Assembly: GCA_051313645.2 (NCBI GenBank)
Contig: JBNRSN020000007.1
Span: forward strand, 40,176,001 to 40,240,000
Direction: 5' to 3'
Source: Centroscyllium fabricii
Taxonomy: Eukaryota
Length of the DNA stretch: 64,000 nt
Positions 49,749-60,958 of this stretch are shown here, piece after piece. How positions within the stretch are numbered: position 1 is the first letter of the stretch; every line of letters begins with the position of its first letter. The notes beneath the pieces are model-generated. The model did no database searches, was not told where the DNA came from, and was given only the letters and a program-made list of their open reading frames with translations. Both the position numbers and the translations under genes were made by a program.

Positions 49749-50114
49749 AATATTTCTTTGACCCTCGATAACCTTGGATGCTCCATAAAATCCAAGTCCG
49801 CCCAGGACTTGGAAGAGGGTAGTGGAGTAGTGGACCTCGGGAGCAGGCTGCCAGCTAGGGCAGCGCATGCTGATTAGCTGGAGTCCTTCAAGAGTAAATT
49901 GGGCCTGTTCCTGGCTGGGGTGGAGATCACCTCTTACAGAAAGTAGGTTCTGCAGGAAATTCAGGGCCAGAGTGATCTCCTGGACAAGTTTCGATCACCT
50001 AGATGGGTCGGAGAGGAATTTCCCAGATTTTTTCTCCCAAATTGGCCATTGGATTTTTATGCTGGTTTTTCGCCTCTCCTGGGAGACCACATAGGTTCGG
50101 GTGGGATGGAGAGT

Positions 50115-50225
50115 GAAAGTAGATTTGAGGTTAGAATCAGATCAGCCATGATCTTGTTGAATGGCGGAGCAGGCTCGAGGGGCTGATTGGCCTACTCCTG
50201 CTCCTATTTCTTATGTTCTTATGTA
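50115..50225 (+). mobile_element. CR1 3' tail fragment
   Basis: GATCAGCCATGATCT...CTACTCCTGCTCCTATTTCTTATG. Confidence 0.8.
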
Positions 50226-50486
50226 GAAGACGTTCCTCTTTGGGGAAGCCTGGGGGAAGCTCAGTTCCCTAAACCAAAGAGGAAAAGAGAGCAGAGGGCC
50301 CATTTCATCAGGTCCCAACCTCAGCCGGTGCCATACGACGGTTGTGCTGACATTTGCAGCCTTAAATGTTTAGGGTGTGGAGGTGGGTGCTGTACTAAGT
50401 GGGAACAACACAGGTGGGAGATGCGATGGAGACGAGGGTGTCACAGATGGCAAGGGCATCAAGTGGGAGCTGGTTAACCAATCAAT

Positions 50487-51352
50487 GGGCCAGAAATTCG
50501 GGTGCCTCACAGCAGTTGCCCATGCACGGAGGGGGGCCAATATGCCCCGTGCGATGAACGCACGGGGGATGCCCACGGATCGGAGCTTTCCGGTGCTGAG
50601 GGAGAAGGGCCCTCAGCATCAAACGCAGGAGTGAGTTGCACCCAAAAATTCGGATGGAAAAGGGTGATAATTGCTGCGTGATTCTGTGGGCAACGGGCCC
50701 ACAAGCTGCATGGGAGAAAACCAGTAGTAACTCGAGCGTGAGGGAGAACAGTGCGTTCCTAAACAAGGTAAGTTACTTTTTTACCTTTAATTTTAAGTTT
50801 TAACAGTTTTTGGGAGTAATGTGGCCAGATCGGTATCATTAAATTTGGATTTTAATTTTTTTTTACAAATCTGATTTTCAATTGCTATAGCTATTCCAAA
50901 TCGCTAATTTTTAAATTTAAAGTTCTGAAATTTTTAACTATTTAGTTAAGTTAAAAAACGAAGAGAAAAAATCGCTGACTTACCTTTGGTGAAAAGCTGC
51001 TCTCTGGCCGCGCTGCTCAGTGCCGAGTCTGTGGGTGCAGTGCCCTCACGTCCCTGCTCTCTAAAAGGTCCAACTCTGAAACAGGGGGGCGTTTTTTAAA
51101 TTTAAATTAGGGATCTGTGGGCGTTTTTAAATTTAAATTAGTGGTCTGTGGGCGGGGCATCACTGCTGCCCACGCACGACGGCAGCGCATCAACTGCGCT
51201 CCTAGCGTGGCTGGACTGCCACGCAGCGCAGGAACCGGGGTGGAGCCAACCCGAAGGTCTGGGAGCAAAAACTGTGCGATGTTGGTGCGGTGTGATAGGT
51301 GTCCGCAGGGTCCTTGCTCCCGCACCAACCGGCACAGCCTAATTCCTGGCCC
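50487..51352. mobile_element. MITE with an M1-like interior and GGGCCAGAAATT TIR
   Basis: TIR GGGCCAGAAATT / AATTCCTGGCCC; TSD AAT. Confidence 0.88.
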
Positions 51353-51444
51353 AATAACAATATCGACCTCATGGCACACGAAGGCCAGAGCGGGGAGTTG
51401 AACAGTATGTCATGTGCAGTATCTTGGGAGTTTTTTTTCAGGGG

Positions 51445-51665
51445 TGGAGAGTCTGACTGTATGTTAACGGGGCAGCTCAGTTCGTCGTCTGGTGCCGGCC
51501 TCGCCCGGAGCAAAGGAGCTGAAGGTGGTCGAATAGGTAAGTGGAGTTTATTTTTTTTAAACCTTTCCTTGTGCTCCAGCTGGTGTGGGTGCTCCTCCAG
51601 GCCTCTCAAGAAAACCTAGACCGCCTCCCCCCTCCCAGGCCACTCTCCCCTGAATGTCAACCATA
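51445..51665. repeat. Unclassified dispersed repeat (second copy at about 55020-55250)
   Basis: Shared GGAGCAAAGGAGC...TAAGTGGAGTTTATTTTTT...GGTGCTCCTCCAGGCC. Confidence 0.75.
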
Positions 51666-52316
51666 TTATCCTGCCACCTCGGATGAATGGAAAATATTAC
51701 ACCACCAAACAACTTTGTACAATCTAACCCAATGTTTTAGAGCCGCTGACAGATAAAAGAAAACACAGAAGCAGGAAAAATTGGCAGAATGCTAAATAGT
51801 ACAATCCCTCCGAGAGAAAATTGAAATCAGGCCATAAATGTGCTCCTTTCTGAAATCTACCACTTTATAGGTTTTGAAATGTAGTCGTTCTTTTTGGATG
51901 AATCAGTTGAGCCTTCTCTCTGCTTAGTACCCAAAGACCAGCCCTGATTTTAGCACCCACCTCCCCCAACCCCCTGCCCTGCTGATACCTGTCAAGAATG
52001 GGGTGTGCAGGAGGGTTTAGGGTGGCAGTCACTTGATCCTTGCTAGCCTCGCGCCGCCTGCCATTTTAACAGGCGCATTCTGGCCAGCCAGAGTGGCCCT
52101 CATGCCAAGCAGGCTTAGGGTCTCATTGAAATTCAAAAGTAGAAACATAGAAACATAGAAGATAGGAGCAGGAGTAGGACATTCGGCCCCTCAAGCCTGC
52201 TCCGCCATTCAATGAGATCATGGCTGATCATCCAAACTCAGTACCCTGTCCCTGCCTTCTCCCCATATCCCTTGATCCCTTTAGCCTTAAGAAATATATC
52301 TAACTCCTTCTTGAAT

Positions 52317-53194
52317 GGGCCCTGTTTTCCTGTGCTCCAGAAGAGCTGCACCCCCACGAAGGGGGGTCAGAAATGCATCGTGGGGGTGCAGCACGGGTGA
52401 TTCCCAGAAACGTCAATTTCCTGTGCTGATGGGGAAGGAGCTTCAGCTTCCAACGCAGGAAGACTTTGAACTGCCGATTTCCTGTGGCAGCTGCACAAAA
52501 TACGTGTGTATCACGTGGGCAAGTCTCTCTTGAGCTGCACATTTAGAAAGCAGTCTTAGAGGTGCTGCAGGCAGCTTTGAGAAGTGGAGAAACACGTTTA
52601 AAGGTAAGTTTTTTTTTGATTCCTTTGCAGATATTTGTCTGTGGTCTTTCAGCTTTTAAATGGTAGGGTTTTTTTTTTTTTTGGTGAAAGTGGCCACCAG
52701 AGCTGCTGACATTGCGTTAAAAACCAGGGGGTTTGTCACTTCCACCAAAAAAAAAAAAACCCTACCCATTTAAAAGCTGAAAGACCACAGACAAATATCT
52801 GCAAAGGAATCAAAAAAAAACTTACCTTTAAACGTGTTTTTTTCACTTCCAACAAAAAAAAACCCTAACAGCAGAAAAGGCAGAAACTTAAAAAAAACAA
52901 GGTGCTTCCTAGAAACTTAAAAAAACCAAGGTGCTTCCTACCCGATATTCTTTGCCCTGAGGCCGATTCTGTGCTTTGTGCGGGGGGAAAGCCAACCTCA
53001 GTGGGCGTGGCCTGCTCACAACCCACGCACAAAGCACCACGCACCAAAAAAAACCAGACCCCTACGCAGCAAAAAAACCCGGCATTTTCCACAGGAAATT
53101 GCCGTCAGAAAAAAAAAAAAAATGACGTGCGCGTGCGCCGCGGGTGCACGTGAGCGCGCACCCGCAGCAATCGGGCCACAGGAAAACAGGGCCC
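52317..53194. mobile_element. MITE with M1 TIRs and an internal palindrome
   Basis: TIR GGGCCCTGTTTTCCTGTG; TSD AAT confirmed against uninterrupted CR1 copies (CTTGAATATATT). Confidence 0.92.
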
Positions 53195-53296
53195 AATATA
53201 TTTAATGAATTGGCCTCAACTGCCTTCTGTTGTAGAGAATTCCACAGGTTCACCACTCTCTGGGTGAAGAAATTCCTCCTCATTTCAGTCCAAAAT

Positions 53297-54422
53297 GGCG
53301 GCACGGTGGCTCAGTGATTAGCACTGCCGTCTCACAGCACTGGAGACCCGGGTTCTAATCCAGCCTCGGGTACTATCTGTGTGGAGTTTGCACATTCTCC
53401 CCGTGTCTGCGTGGGTTTCCTCCGGGTGCTCCGGTTTCCTCCCACAGTCCAAAGATGTGCGGGTTATGCCCCAGTTTCACTGGAGGCTACGAATTGCCGA
53501 ATCGTGCCGATTGTGAAATTTGCCCGATTCGTGGGTCATTCTTGCAATTCGTGGTTGATTCGTAGTGGATTCGTAGTGGATTCGTAGCGGATTCGTAGAG
53601 TTCGCGGAAGTTCGCGGGAATTCTTTGAGTTTTCAAGAAAGTTTTTGTTTGTCAAAAAATTTCGTGGGAGGGTTCACGAATGTCCAATTCGTGATAGATT
53701 CCTAAACAATTCGTGACCCATTCTTACCGTTCGTGACCCTTTCTTACCGTTCGTAACTGATTCGTAGTGGATTCGTAGTGCATTCTTGCCTATTCTTGGG
53801 CATTCTTGATTTTCTCAAATTCGTGGAAAAACGCCGAATTCATCACGAATGCCCACGAATGTCCACGAATGTCCACGAATGCACTACGAATGCACTACGA
53901 ATGCAATTCGTAGATAATTCGTAGCTAATTCGTAGAATTCGTAACTTAATCGTGGAGGTCGTAGTGGATTCGTAAATTAATTCTTCATATTCGTGAGTGA
54001 TTCGTACCTCATTCCTACAATAATTCGTGATAGATTCTTAACCTTGTCCAGAATCGCCAAGAATTCACCAAGAATCGCCAAGAATCAACCAAGAATTTTC
54101 GCATTTTTTGCAGAATCGCCAAGAATTTCGATTCTTGACGATTCTTGATATTCTTGACATTCTTAGCCTCCAGTGAAACTGGGGCATTAGGTTGATTGGC
54201 CAGGATAAATTGACCCTTGGTGTTAGGGGGATTGAATATGTGGGGTTACGGGGATAGGGTGGGATATGTGTCGGTGCAGGCTTGATAGGGATCGAGGGAT
54301 ATGGGGAGAGGGCAGGGGCGGGGTGCTGGGTTTGGATGATCAGCCATGATCTCATTGAATGGCGGAGCAGGCTCGAAGGGCCGAATGGCCTACTCCTGCT
54401 CCTAGTTTCTATGTTTCTATGT
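53297..54422 (+). mobile_element. HE1-type V-SINE split by a Harbinger-type MITE
   Basis: GGGTTA|...|TTAGGTTG junctions. Confidence 0.9.
53467..54186. mobile_element. PIF/Harbinger-type MITE
   Basis: Perfect 23-bp TIR TGCCCCAGTTTCACTGGAGGCTA; TSD TTA. Confidence 0.93.
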
Positions 54423-55554
54423 TTACCCCTTATCCTTAGACTGAGACCCCTGGTTCTGGACTCCCTGGCCATCAGGAACATCCTTCCTGCATCTAGTCTG
54501 TCTTGTCCTGTTAGAATTTTATAAGTTTCAATGAGATCCCCTCTCAATCTTCTAAACTCTAGCGAATATAAGCCCAATCGGCCCAATCTCTCCTCATACG
54601 TCATTCCTGCCACCTAGGTATCAGTCTGGTGAATCTTCGCTGCACTCTCTCCATGGCAAGAACATCCTTCCTCAGATAAGGCGACCAAAATTGCGCACAA
54701 TACTCAAAGTGTGGTCTCACCAAGGCCATGTACAACTGCAGCAAGACATCCTTGCTCCTGTACTCGAATCCTCTCGCTACAAAGGCCAACATACCATTTT
54801 GCTTCTTAACCGCCTGCTGCACCTGCATGCTTACCTTCAGCGACTGGTGCCACCCAGGTCTCGTTGCACTTCCCCTTTTCCCAATCTATTGCTGTTCAGA
54901 TAATAACCTGTCTTGCTGTTTTTGCCACCAAAGTGGAGAACCTCGCATTTATCCACATTATACTGCATCTGCCATGCATCTGCCCAATCACCCAACCTGT
55001 CGATGTCTGATGTGGTCATTTAGAGTCCGACTGTATTTTAATGGGGCAGCTGTATTCGTTGCCTTGTGCCAGCCTCGCCAGGAGCAAAGGAGCAGAAGAC
55101 CCTGAAGGTGGTCGGAAAGTTAAGTGGAGTTTATTTTTTAAACCTTTCCTTGCACCCCAGGTGGTGTGGGTGCTCCTCCAGGCCCCTCAAGTAAACCTAG
55201 CCCCCCCCGCCCCCCGGGGCCACGCTCCCCTGAATGCGATCACCTAACCCCCCCTCACCCACTACTTACATGGCTGCCGGGAACTCGCCTGACTCCCATC
55301 TTCTGGCCTGATGTCGTTGACACCAGCTTTGGATGGGGGTCAGGCCTGGGGAATTTAAACAAGACCTGGGAGTTAAAGTAGCCCAGGTCCCACATCGGCG
55401 AGCCGAGTCAGGTTTGACGTCCACCATGCACCATGCCGGCTCCAAGATCACTTCTCATCCCGCGTTAAAATCGGCATTCCTATATGAGAGTAACACACAC
55501 TCACACAGCCTGGTATGTGTTTTATATATATCTGGTGGGCCTTCTTTGATGTGT

Positions 55555-55845
55555 TGCCTTACAACCCTCCGAGATCTATGCGCTCCTCCAATTCTGGCCT
55601 CTTGTGCCTCCTCGATTTTTATCGCTCAACCATTGGCGGACTTGCCTTCAGCTGCCTGGACCCGAAGCTCTGGAACTCCCTCTCTAAACCTCTCCACCTC
55701 CATCTCCTCCTTTAAATCGCTTCATAAAAACTATGCCTTTGACCAAGCTGTTAATCACCTGTCCTAATACAATATCTCCTTATGTGGCTCGGTGTCAAAT
55801 TTTTGTTGAGAACACTCCTGTGAAGTGCCTTGGGATGTTTTACTC
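55555..55845 (+). mobile_element. L2-type LINE 3' fragment (tail resumes after the SINE at about 56250)
   Basis: RSMRSS...TIGGLAFS...PKLWNSL motif; GTGAAGTGCCTTGGGATGTTTTAC tail. Confidence 0.75.
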
Positions 55846-56250
55846 CGGCACGGTGGCACAGTGGTTAGCACTGTTGTCTCACAGCTCTGGAGACCCGGGT
55901 TCAAATCCAGCCTCGGGTACTATCTGTGTGGAGTTTGCACATTCTCCCTGTGTCTGCGTGGGTTTCCTCCGGGTGCTCCAGTTTCCTCCCACAGTCCAAA
56001 GATGTGCGGGTTAGGTTGATTGGCCAGGATAAATTGACCCTTAGTGTTAGGGGGATTGAATAGGTGGGTTACGGGGATAGGGTGGGATATGTGTCCGTGC
56101 AGGCTCGATAGGGATCGCGGGATATAGGGAGAGGGCAGGGGTGGGGTACTGGGTTTGGATGATCAGCCATGATCTCATTGAATGGCGGAGCAGGCTCAAA
56201 GGGTGAATGGCCGACTCCTGCTCCTATCTTCTATGTTTCTATGTTTCTAT
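55846..56250 (+). mobile_element. HE1-type V-SINE
   Basis: Head, core and tail. Confidence 0.92.
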
Positions 56251-56296
56251 ATTAAAGTTGTTATATAAATGTAAATCGTTGCAACTTATTTTGAAT

Positions 56297-57126
56297 GGGC
56301 CCTGTTTTCCTGTGTGCCGGTTAGTGCGTGCGCTAGGACCCTGTGGCCTCCTAGTCGCACGCACCAACATTGCACGGAAGTTTCAACGTCAATTTCCTCC
56401 CCGTTCCTGCGCTGCGTGGCAGTCCAGCCACGCTAGGTGCGCAGTGTATGCCCCGCCCACAGATCCCAAATTTAAATTAAAAACGCCCCCCACATCCCTA
56501 ATTTAAATAAACAGATCCCGAGTCGGACCTTTGTGAGAGCAGGGAAGTGCGGAGCTGCACTCACAGACTCGGCGGGGGAGCAGCGCGGGCAGAGCAGCTT
56601 CTCAGAGGAAGAAACGGAAGGTAAGTCTCCCATTTTGTCCTCTTAGATTTTTTAATAACTAGAGAGTTAAAAATTTCAGAAATGTAACTTTAAAAATTAG
56701 CGATTTGAAACAGGTAAATTAACTTAAAATCGGATTCGTAATTAAAAAAAAAAAACTTTAACTTAAAAATTTAACGCTACCGATCTGGCCACACTACTCC
56801 CAAAAACTGTAAAAAATTAAAATTAAAGTTAAAAAATTAACTTACCTGCTTCAGTAACTACATCTTCTCCCTCAAGCATGAGTTTACTACTCGTTTTTAA
56901 ATGTGCAGCTTGTGAGCCAGTTGCACACGGAATCACACTCCAAAAATCACCGTTCTGACAGGAAATTGTCAGTGCAAGGTCTTCCTGCGTTGGAAGCTGA
57001 CGGGCCTTGCCCATCAGCACAGGAAATTACCGTTCGTGGGCATCCCCCGTGCTGCACACCCACGGGGCATTTCTGACCCCCCTTCGTGAGTGTGCAGCTC
57101 CTCTGGAGCACAGGAAAACAGGGCCC
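56297..57126. mobile_element. MITE family M1, opposite orientation to the 48897 copy
   Basis: TIR GGGCCCTGTTTTCCTGTG; TSD AAT. Confidence 0.92.
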
Positions 57127-57414
57127 AATATTTAAACCAAACAAAAATGTTAACAGTCTTCACACCTTAGCCGATTAAAGGGTTTTATTGGCTTGCAACT
57201 GCAGAGTTTCCTCCCATAATTCTCCCAGACATGTGGGCCACATCTGATTTTGTGAGGCTTCCCAGATGCCACAAAACCTTACTGGGAGTGAGCACAAACT
57301 GAGAAATGAGGTGCAGAACTGTGCATGTCCACTTTACAGGGCATCAAATTATATTGTTGAAGGAAAATTCTGGGATTTTCAAAGTTGTACCACTGGTGAC
57401 CAGTAGAAGCCTCA

Positions 57415-57642
57415 TTAAATTCAAATTCAAACTTTATTTGTCACATGTACTAAAATACAACGAGTGCAATCTAGACAGTGAAATGCTTTCTTTACGAGCC
57501 AAACGCACCGCGCAACAAAGAATGCTAAGCTGCCCGGCACGCCCGGAGCCCATAAGACGGCAGCCACCTCACCGGCACCATCATCATAGGTCCCGTTCTC
57601 ACACCGCTCCGGCTTCTCCTGCTCTCACAGTTCAATGTTCTT
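57415..57642 (-). mobile_element. Probable LINE 3' end (Rex1/RTE-X-like) with AATAAA and (TTTGAA)n tail
   Basis: Minus strand GCATTTCACTG...CATGTGACAAATAAAGTTTGAATTTGAATTT. Confidence 0.55.
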
Positions 57643-58218
57643 GAACCAATTGTAGCCCATCCGCTTGTCAGTCGTGAACATGATGATGTTACCGCTGAAG
57701 TCAAAGCCGCCAGTTCTAATGGCACGGTGGCACAGTGCTTAGCACTGTTGTCTCACAGCACTGGAGACCCGGGTTCAAATCCGGCCTCGGGTACTATCTG
57801 TGTGGAGTTTGCACATTCTCCCCGTGTCTGCGTGGGTTTCCTCCGGGTGCTCCGGTTTCCTCCCACAGTCCAAAAATGTGCGGGTTAGGTTGATTTGCCA
57901 GGGTAAATTGACCCTTAGTGTTAGGGGGATTGAATGTGTGGGGTTACGGGGATAGGGTGGGATATGTGTCAGTGCAGGCTCGATAGGGATCGAGGGATAT
58001 AGGGAGAGGGCAGGGGCGGGGTGCTGGGTTTGGATGATCAGCCATGATCTCATTGAACGGCGGAGCAGGCTCGAAGGGCCGAATGGCCGACTCCTGCTCC
58101 TAGTTTCTATGTTTCTATGTTTCTAACTGCAGAGCTTGTTTTAAATAAAGCGAGCTGCTTCCTGTTCCACACTCCCCAAAGTCTACGTGAGTTATCTGTA
58201 GAACCAGCCAACACTTGC
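57643..58218 (-). pseudogene. EIF3I: EIF3I (eIF3 subunit i, WD40) pseudogene fragment split by a SINE
   Basis: Minus strand reads QVLAGSTDNSRRLW..C.T(G)KQLALFKTSSAV|RTGGFDFSGNIIMFTTDKRMGY; recalled vertebrate eIF3i reads HVLTGSADNSCRLWDCETGKQLALLKTNSAVRTCGFDFGGNIIMFSTDKQMGY; two compensating indels. Confidence 0.88.
57720..58125 (+). mobile_element. HE1-type V-SINE
   Basis: Head, core and tail; TTCTAA duplicated at its ends. Confidence 0.92.
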
Positions 58219-58502
58219 CCTTTTGAAATGGGTGCGGTAGTGTGTGGGTGGCCTGGCCTGTAGGAGTAGGGTGACTGTCACTTTTTAGTTTGGGTGGGAA
58301 AGTTCGTTTTTCCGTATTATATTGCTTTATCTCTGATTTTATCTGTGCCTTACATTTTCTAATATTTAAGCCTAATTTTATTTCATGGTATTAATTGTAT
58401 TACAAAACCTTGTTTCTTACAGTTGTATTGTGTTCTCAGAAACCACAGTGGGTAGGATTTCTTTGTGGATTCCAAAGATGTCCCTAGATTTGGAGACACA
58501 AG

Positions 58503-59332
58503 GGGCCCTGATTTCCTGTGTGCCGGTTAGTGCGTGCGCTAGGATCCTGGGGACTCCTAATCGCACGCACCAACATTGCACAGAAGTGTGAACGTCAATT
58601 TCCTCTTCGTTCCTCCCCGTTCCTGCGCTGCGTGGCAGTCCAGCCACGCTAGGTGCGCAGTGTAAGCCCCGCCCACAGATCCCAAATTTAAATAAAAAAC
58701 GCCCCCCAGATCCCTAATTTAAATGAACAGATCCCGAGTCGGACCTTTGTGAGAGCAGGGAAGTGCAGAGCTGCACTAACAGATTGGCGGGGAGCAGCGC
58801 GGGGGCACAGCAGCTTCTCAGAGGAAGAAACGGAAGGTAAGTCTGCCATTTTTTCCTCTTAGATTTTTTATAGCTAGAGAGTTAAAAATTTCAGAAATTT
58901 AACTTTAAAAATTCGCGATTTGAAACAGGTAAATTAACTTAAAATTGGATTTGTAATTTTTTTTAAAAAACTTTAACTTAAAAATTTAACGCTCCCGATC
59001 TGGCCACACTACTCCCAAAAACTGTAAAAAATTTAAATTAAAGTTAAAAAATTAACTTACCTGCTTCAATAACTAAATCTTCTCCCTCTTACTACTGGTT
59101 TTTTCGTGGGCAGCTTGTCAGCCAGTTGCACACGGAATCACTCTTTAAAAATCACCCGTTCTGACAGGAAATCGTCAGTGCAAGGTCTTCCTGCGTTGGG
59201 AGCTGACGGGCCTTGCCCATCAGCACAGGAAATTCCCGTTCGTGGGAATCACCCGTGCTGCACACCCATGAGGCATTTCTGAACCCCCTTTGTGGGTGTG
59301 CAGCTCCTCTGGAGCACAGGAAAACAGGGCCA
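58503..59332. mobile_element. MITE family M1
   Basis: TIR with 2 mismatches; TSD AAG; highly similar to the 56297 copy. Confidence 0.9.
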
Positions 59333-59420
59333 AAGAACTTGAGGGCAATTCTTGAGGGCAGAGTTCTCAAGAGTTGAGTGCACCTCATACATTTACTCCA
59401 GGATCCAACTGTCTGGGACT

Positions 59421-59952
59421 AGACTGTCCTTCCTTGGAATATCAGAGGAGATCTGTCTTCAACATCAGCAAGAAGGTTGCTACATAGAAAAAGAAAGACT
59501 TGCATTTATATAGCGCCTTTCACTGCCACTGGACATCACAAAGCACTTTACAGCCAATTAAGTACTTTTTGAAGTGTAGTCACTGTCGTAATGTAGGAAA
59601 CACGGCAGCTAATTTGCGCACAGCAAGCTCCCACAAACAGCAATGTGACAATGACTAGATAACCTGTTTTTGTTATGTTGGTTGAGGGATAAATGTTGGC
59701 CAGGACACCAGGGATAACTCCTCTGCTGCTGTTCGAAATAGTGCCGTGGGATCTTTAACGTTCACCTGAGAGAGTAGACGGGCCCTCGGTTTAACGCCTC
59801 ATCTGAAAGATGGCACATTCCGAAAGCTGCTTCATCTCTTGGAAGCAGTCCTTCAGACATCTGGTACCATAGGGATAGTTCTTCCTATGCTGAAGGTCAT
59901 GACCGCATTAAAGATTTTCATCACCAGATCCTTCCAAGGCGCCAACAGTGAT
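59421..59952 (+). pseudogene. Degenerate PIF/Harbinger (HARBI1-like) transposase N-terminal fragment split by a Deu-SINE
   Basis: RLSFLGISEEICL ... LLHLLEAVLQ ... VLPMLKVMTALKIFITRSFQGANSD resembles the recalled Harbinger LP...KV..AL.F..GSFQ..GD segment. Confidence 0.6.
59484..59820 (-). mobile_element. Deu-domain SINE (SacSINE1/AmnSINE-like), 5' truncated
   Basis: TTGCATTTATATAGCGCCTTT tail; AGTGCCGTGGGATCTTTAAC and CCTCGGTTTAACGCCTCATCTGAAAGA core. Confidence 0.82.
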
Positions 59953-59961
59953 GAACACCAA

Positions 59962-60958
59962 GGGGGCAAAATTCGGTTGGTTGCGCCTCCCGTTAGCGCC
60001 TTAGGGGGGCGCTAATGGGGGAGCAAAGCAACTAGTGCCCAGGCGCGGCGAGTTTAGCGCTGCTCAGGAAATTGACTAGGCATTTTGTGGCGGCACTACA
60101 CACTACCGCCATGATCTCCTGCGCCAGCAGGTTGTGATGTCATTCAAGTGCGCAACGCCCCGATAGCACCCCGGACCGGATATTGAGTGGTGCCTCCTGC
60201 CTTACCGCCTGCCACTAACAACGATAGGTTGAGGGGAGCATTCTGCAGTCAGAAAGGAACTGGGGGAGCGCCATTTAAAGGTGACTGCTTCCTGCCTTTT
60301 CTTGTTGGTGACATTTTTACACAAGGCATTCTGAGAGAGTGAGACTTCTGGAGAGATTCAACGCTGTGTGAAGGAGTTTTGGGTACTGAGCAGTAGTTTG
60401 CAGGTTCATTTTGATTTGCCCTTCCTTGTATTGATTTAGAAGAGACTGTGGGGGCTGCACTCTCAGCTCTTTCCCTGGGTCTCTCCATTGTTCTTCCCAG
60501 CAGATTTAATATACCTGTCTCTCCAGGCCAAGATTCAAGGCTGCAGTGAGCAGGATGTGGATGGAGAGCAAGATCAACCCCCCCTTTAAGGTAAAAACAG
60601 AAAATGCAGGAGAAACTCAGCATGTCAAGCAGCATCTGTGAAGAGAGAAACAGAGTTAACGTTTCAGGTCGATGACCATTCATCAGAACTCTCCTTTAAG
60701 AATTGGACGGTGCCAGTGTGTCTGTGTTCCATTGCTGACTGGCATCACATGAGCTTTGCCAGCGCTTTGAGGTAACGCCTCGCTCCTCGGCCTTTGCGCC
60801 TTAACAGAAGTGTGTAGCACCTGATTTAGCGCTCCAATCACCTCCAGGGGCATTAAAAGACAAGTTTGCAGTTGGAGGCGGTAATTAGTGCCAGGCCCTA
60901 AATTTAGTGCTGCGTCGAGTATAGCGTCCCAAACGGGGCGATACCGAATTTTCCCCGC
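59962..60958. mobile_element. Harbinger-like MITE
   Basis: TIR GGGGCAAAATTCGGT / ACCGAATTTTCCCC; repeated TAGCGCC motifs; right flank taken by the next LTR. Confidence 0.7.
60652..60692 (-). ncRNA. Minimal hammerhead ribozyme motif in a 100-bp Penelope-derived insert (60591-60690)
   Basis: AGAGTT-CTGATGA-ATGGTCATCGACCT-GAAACGTT-AACTCT. Confidence 0.78.

Larger units (their letters stand above)
52140..55005 (-). mobile_element. One CR1 3' fragment split by a MITE and a SINE
   Basis: Pieces 52140-52316, 53195-53297 and 54422-55005 join into contiguous CR1 sequence. Confidence 0.9.

Noticed and set aside
50225-50480. Possible Harbinger transposase C-terminal remnant
   Set aside because: Resemblance needs several frameshifts; too weak to call by eye
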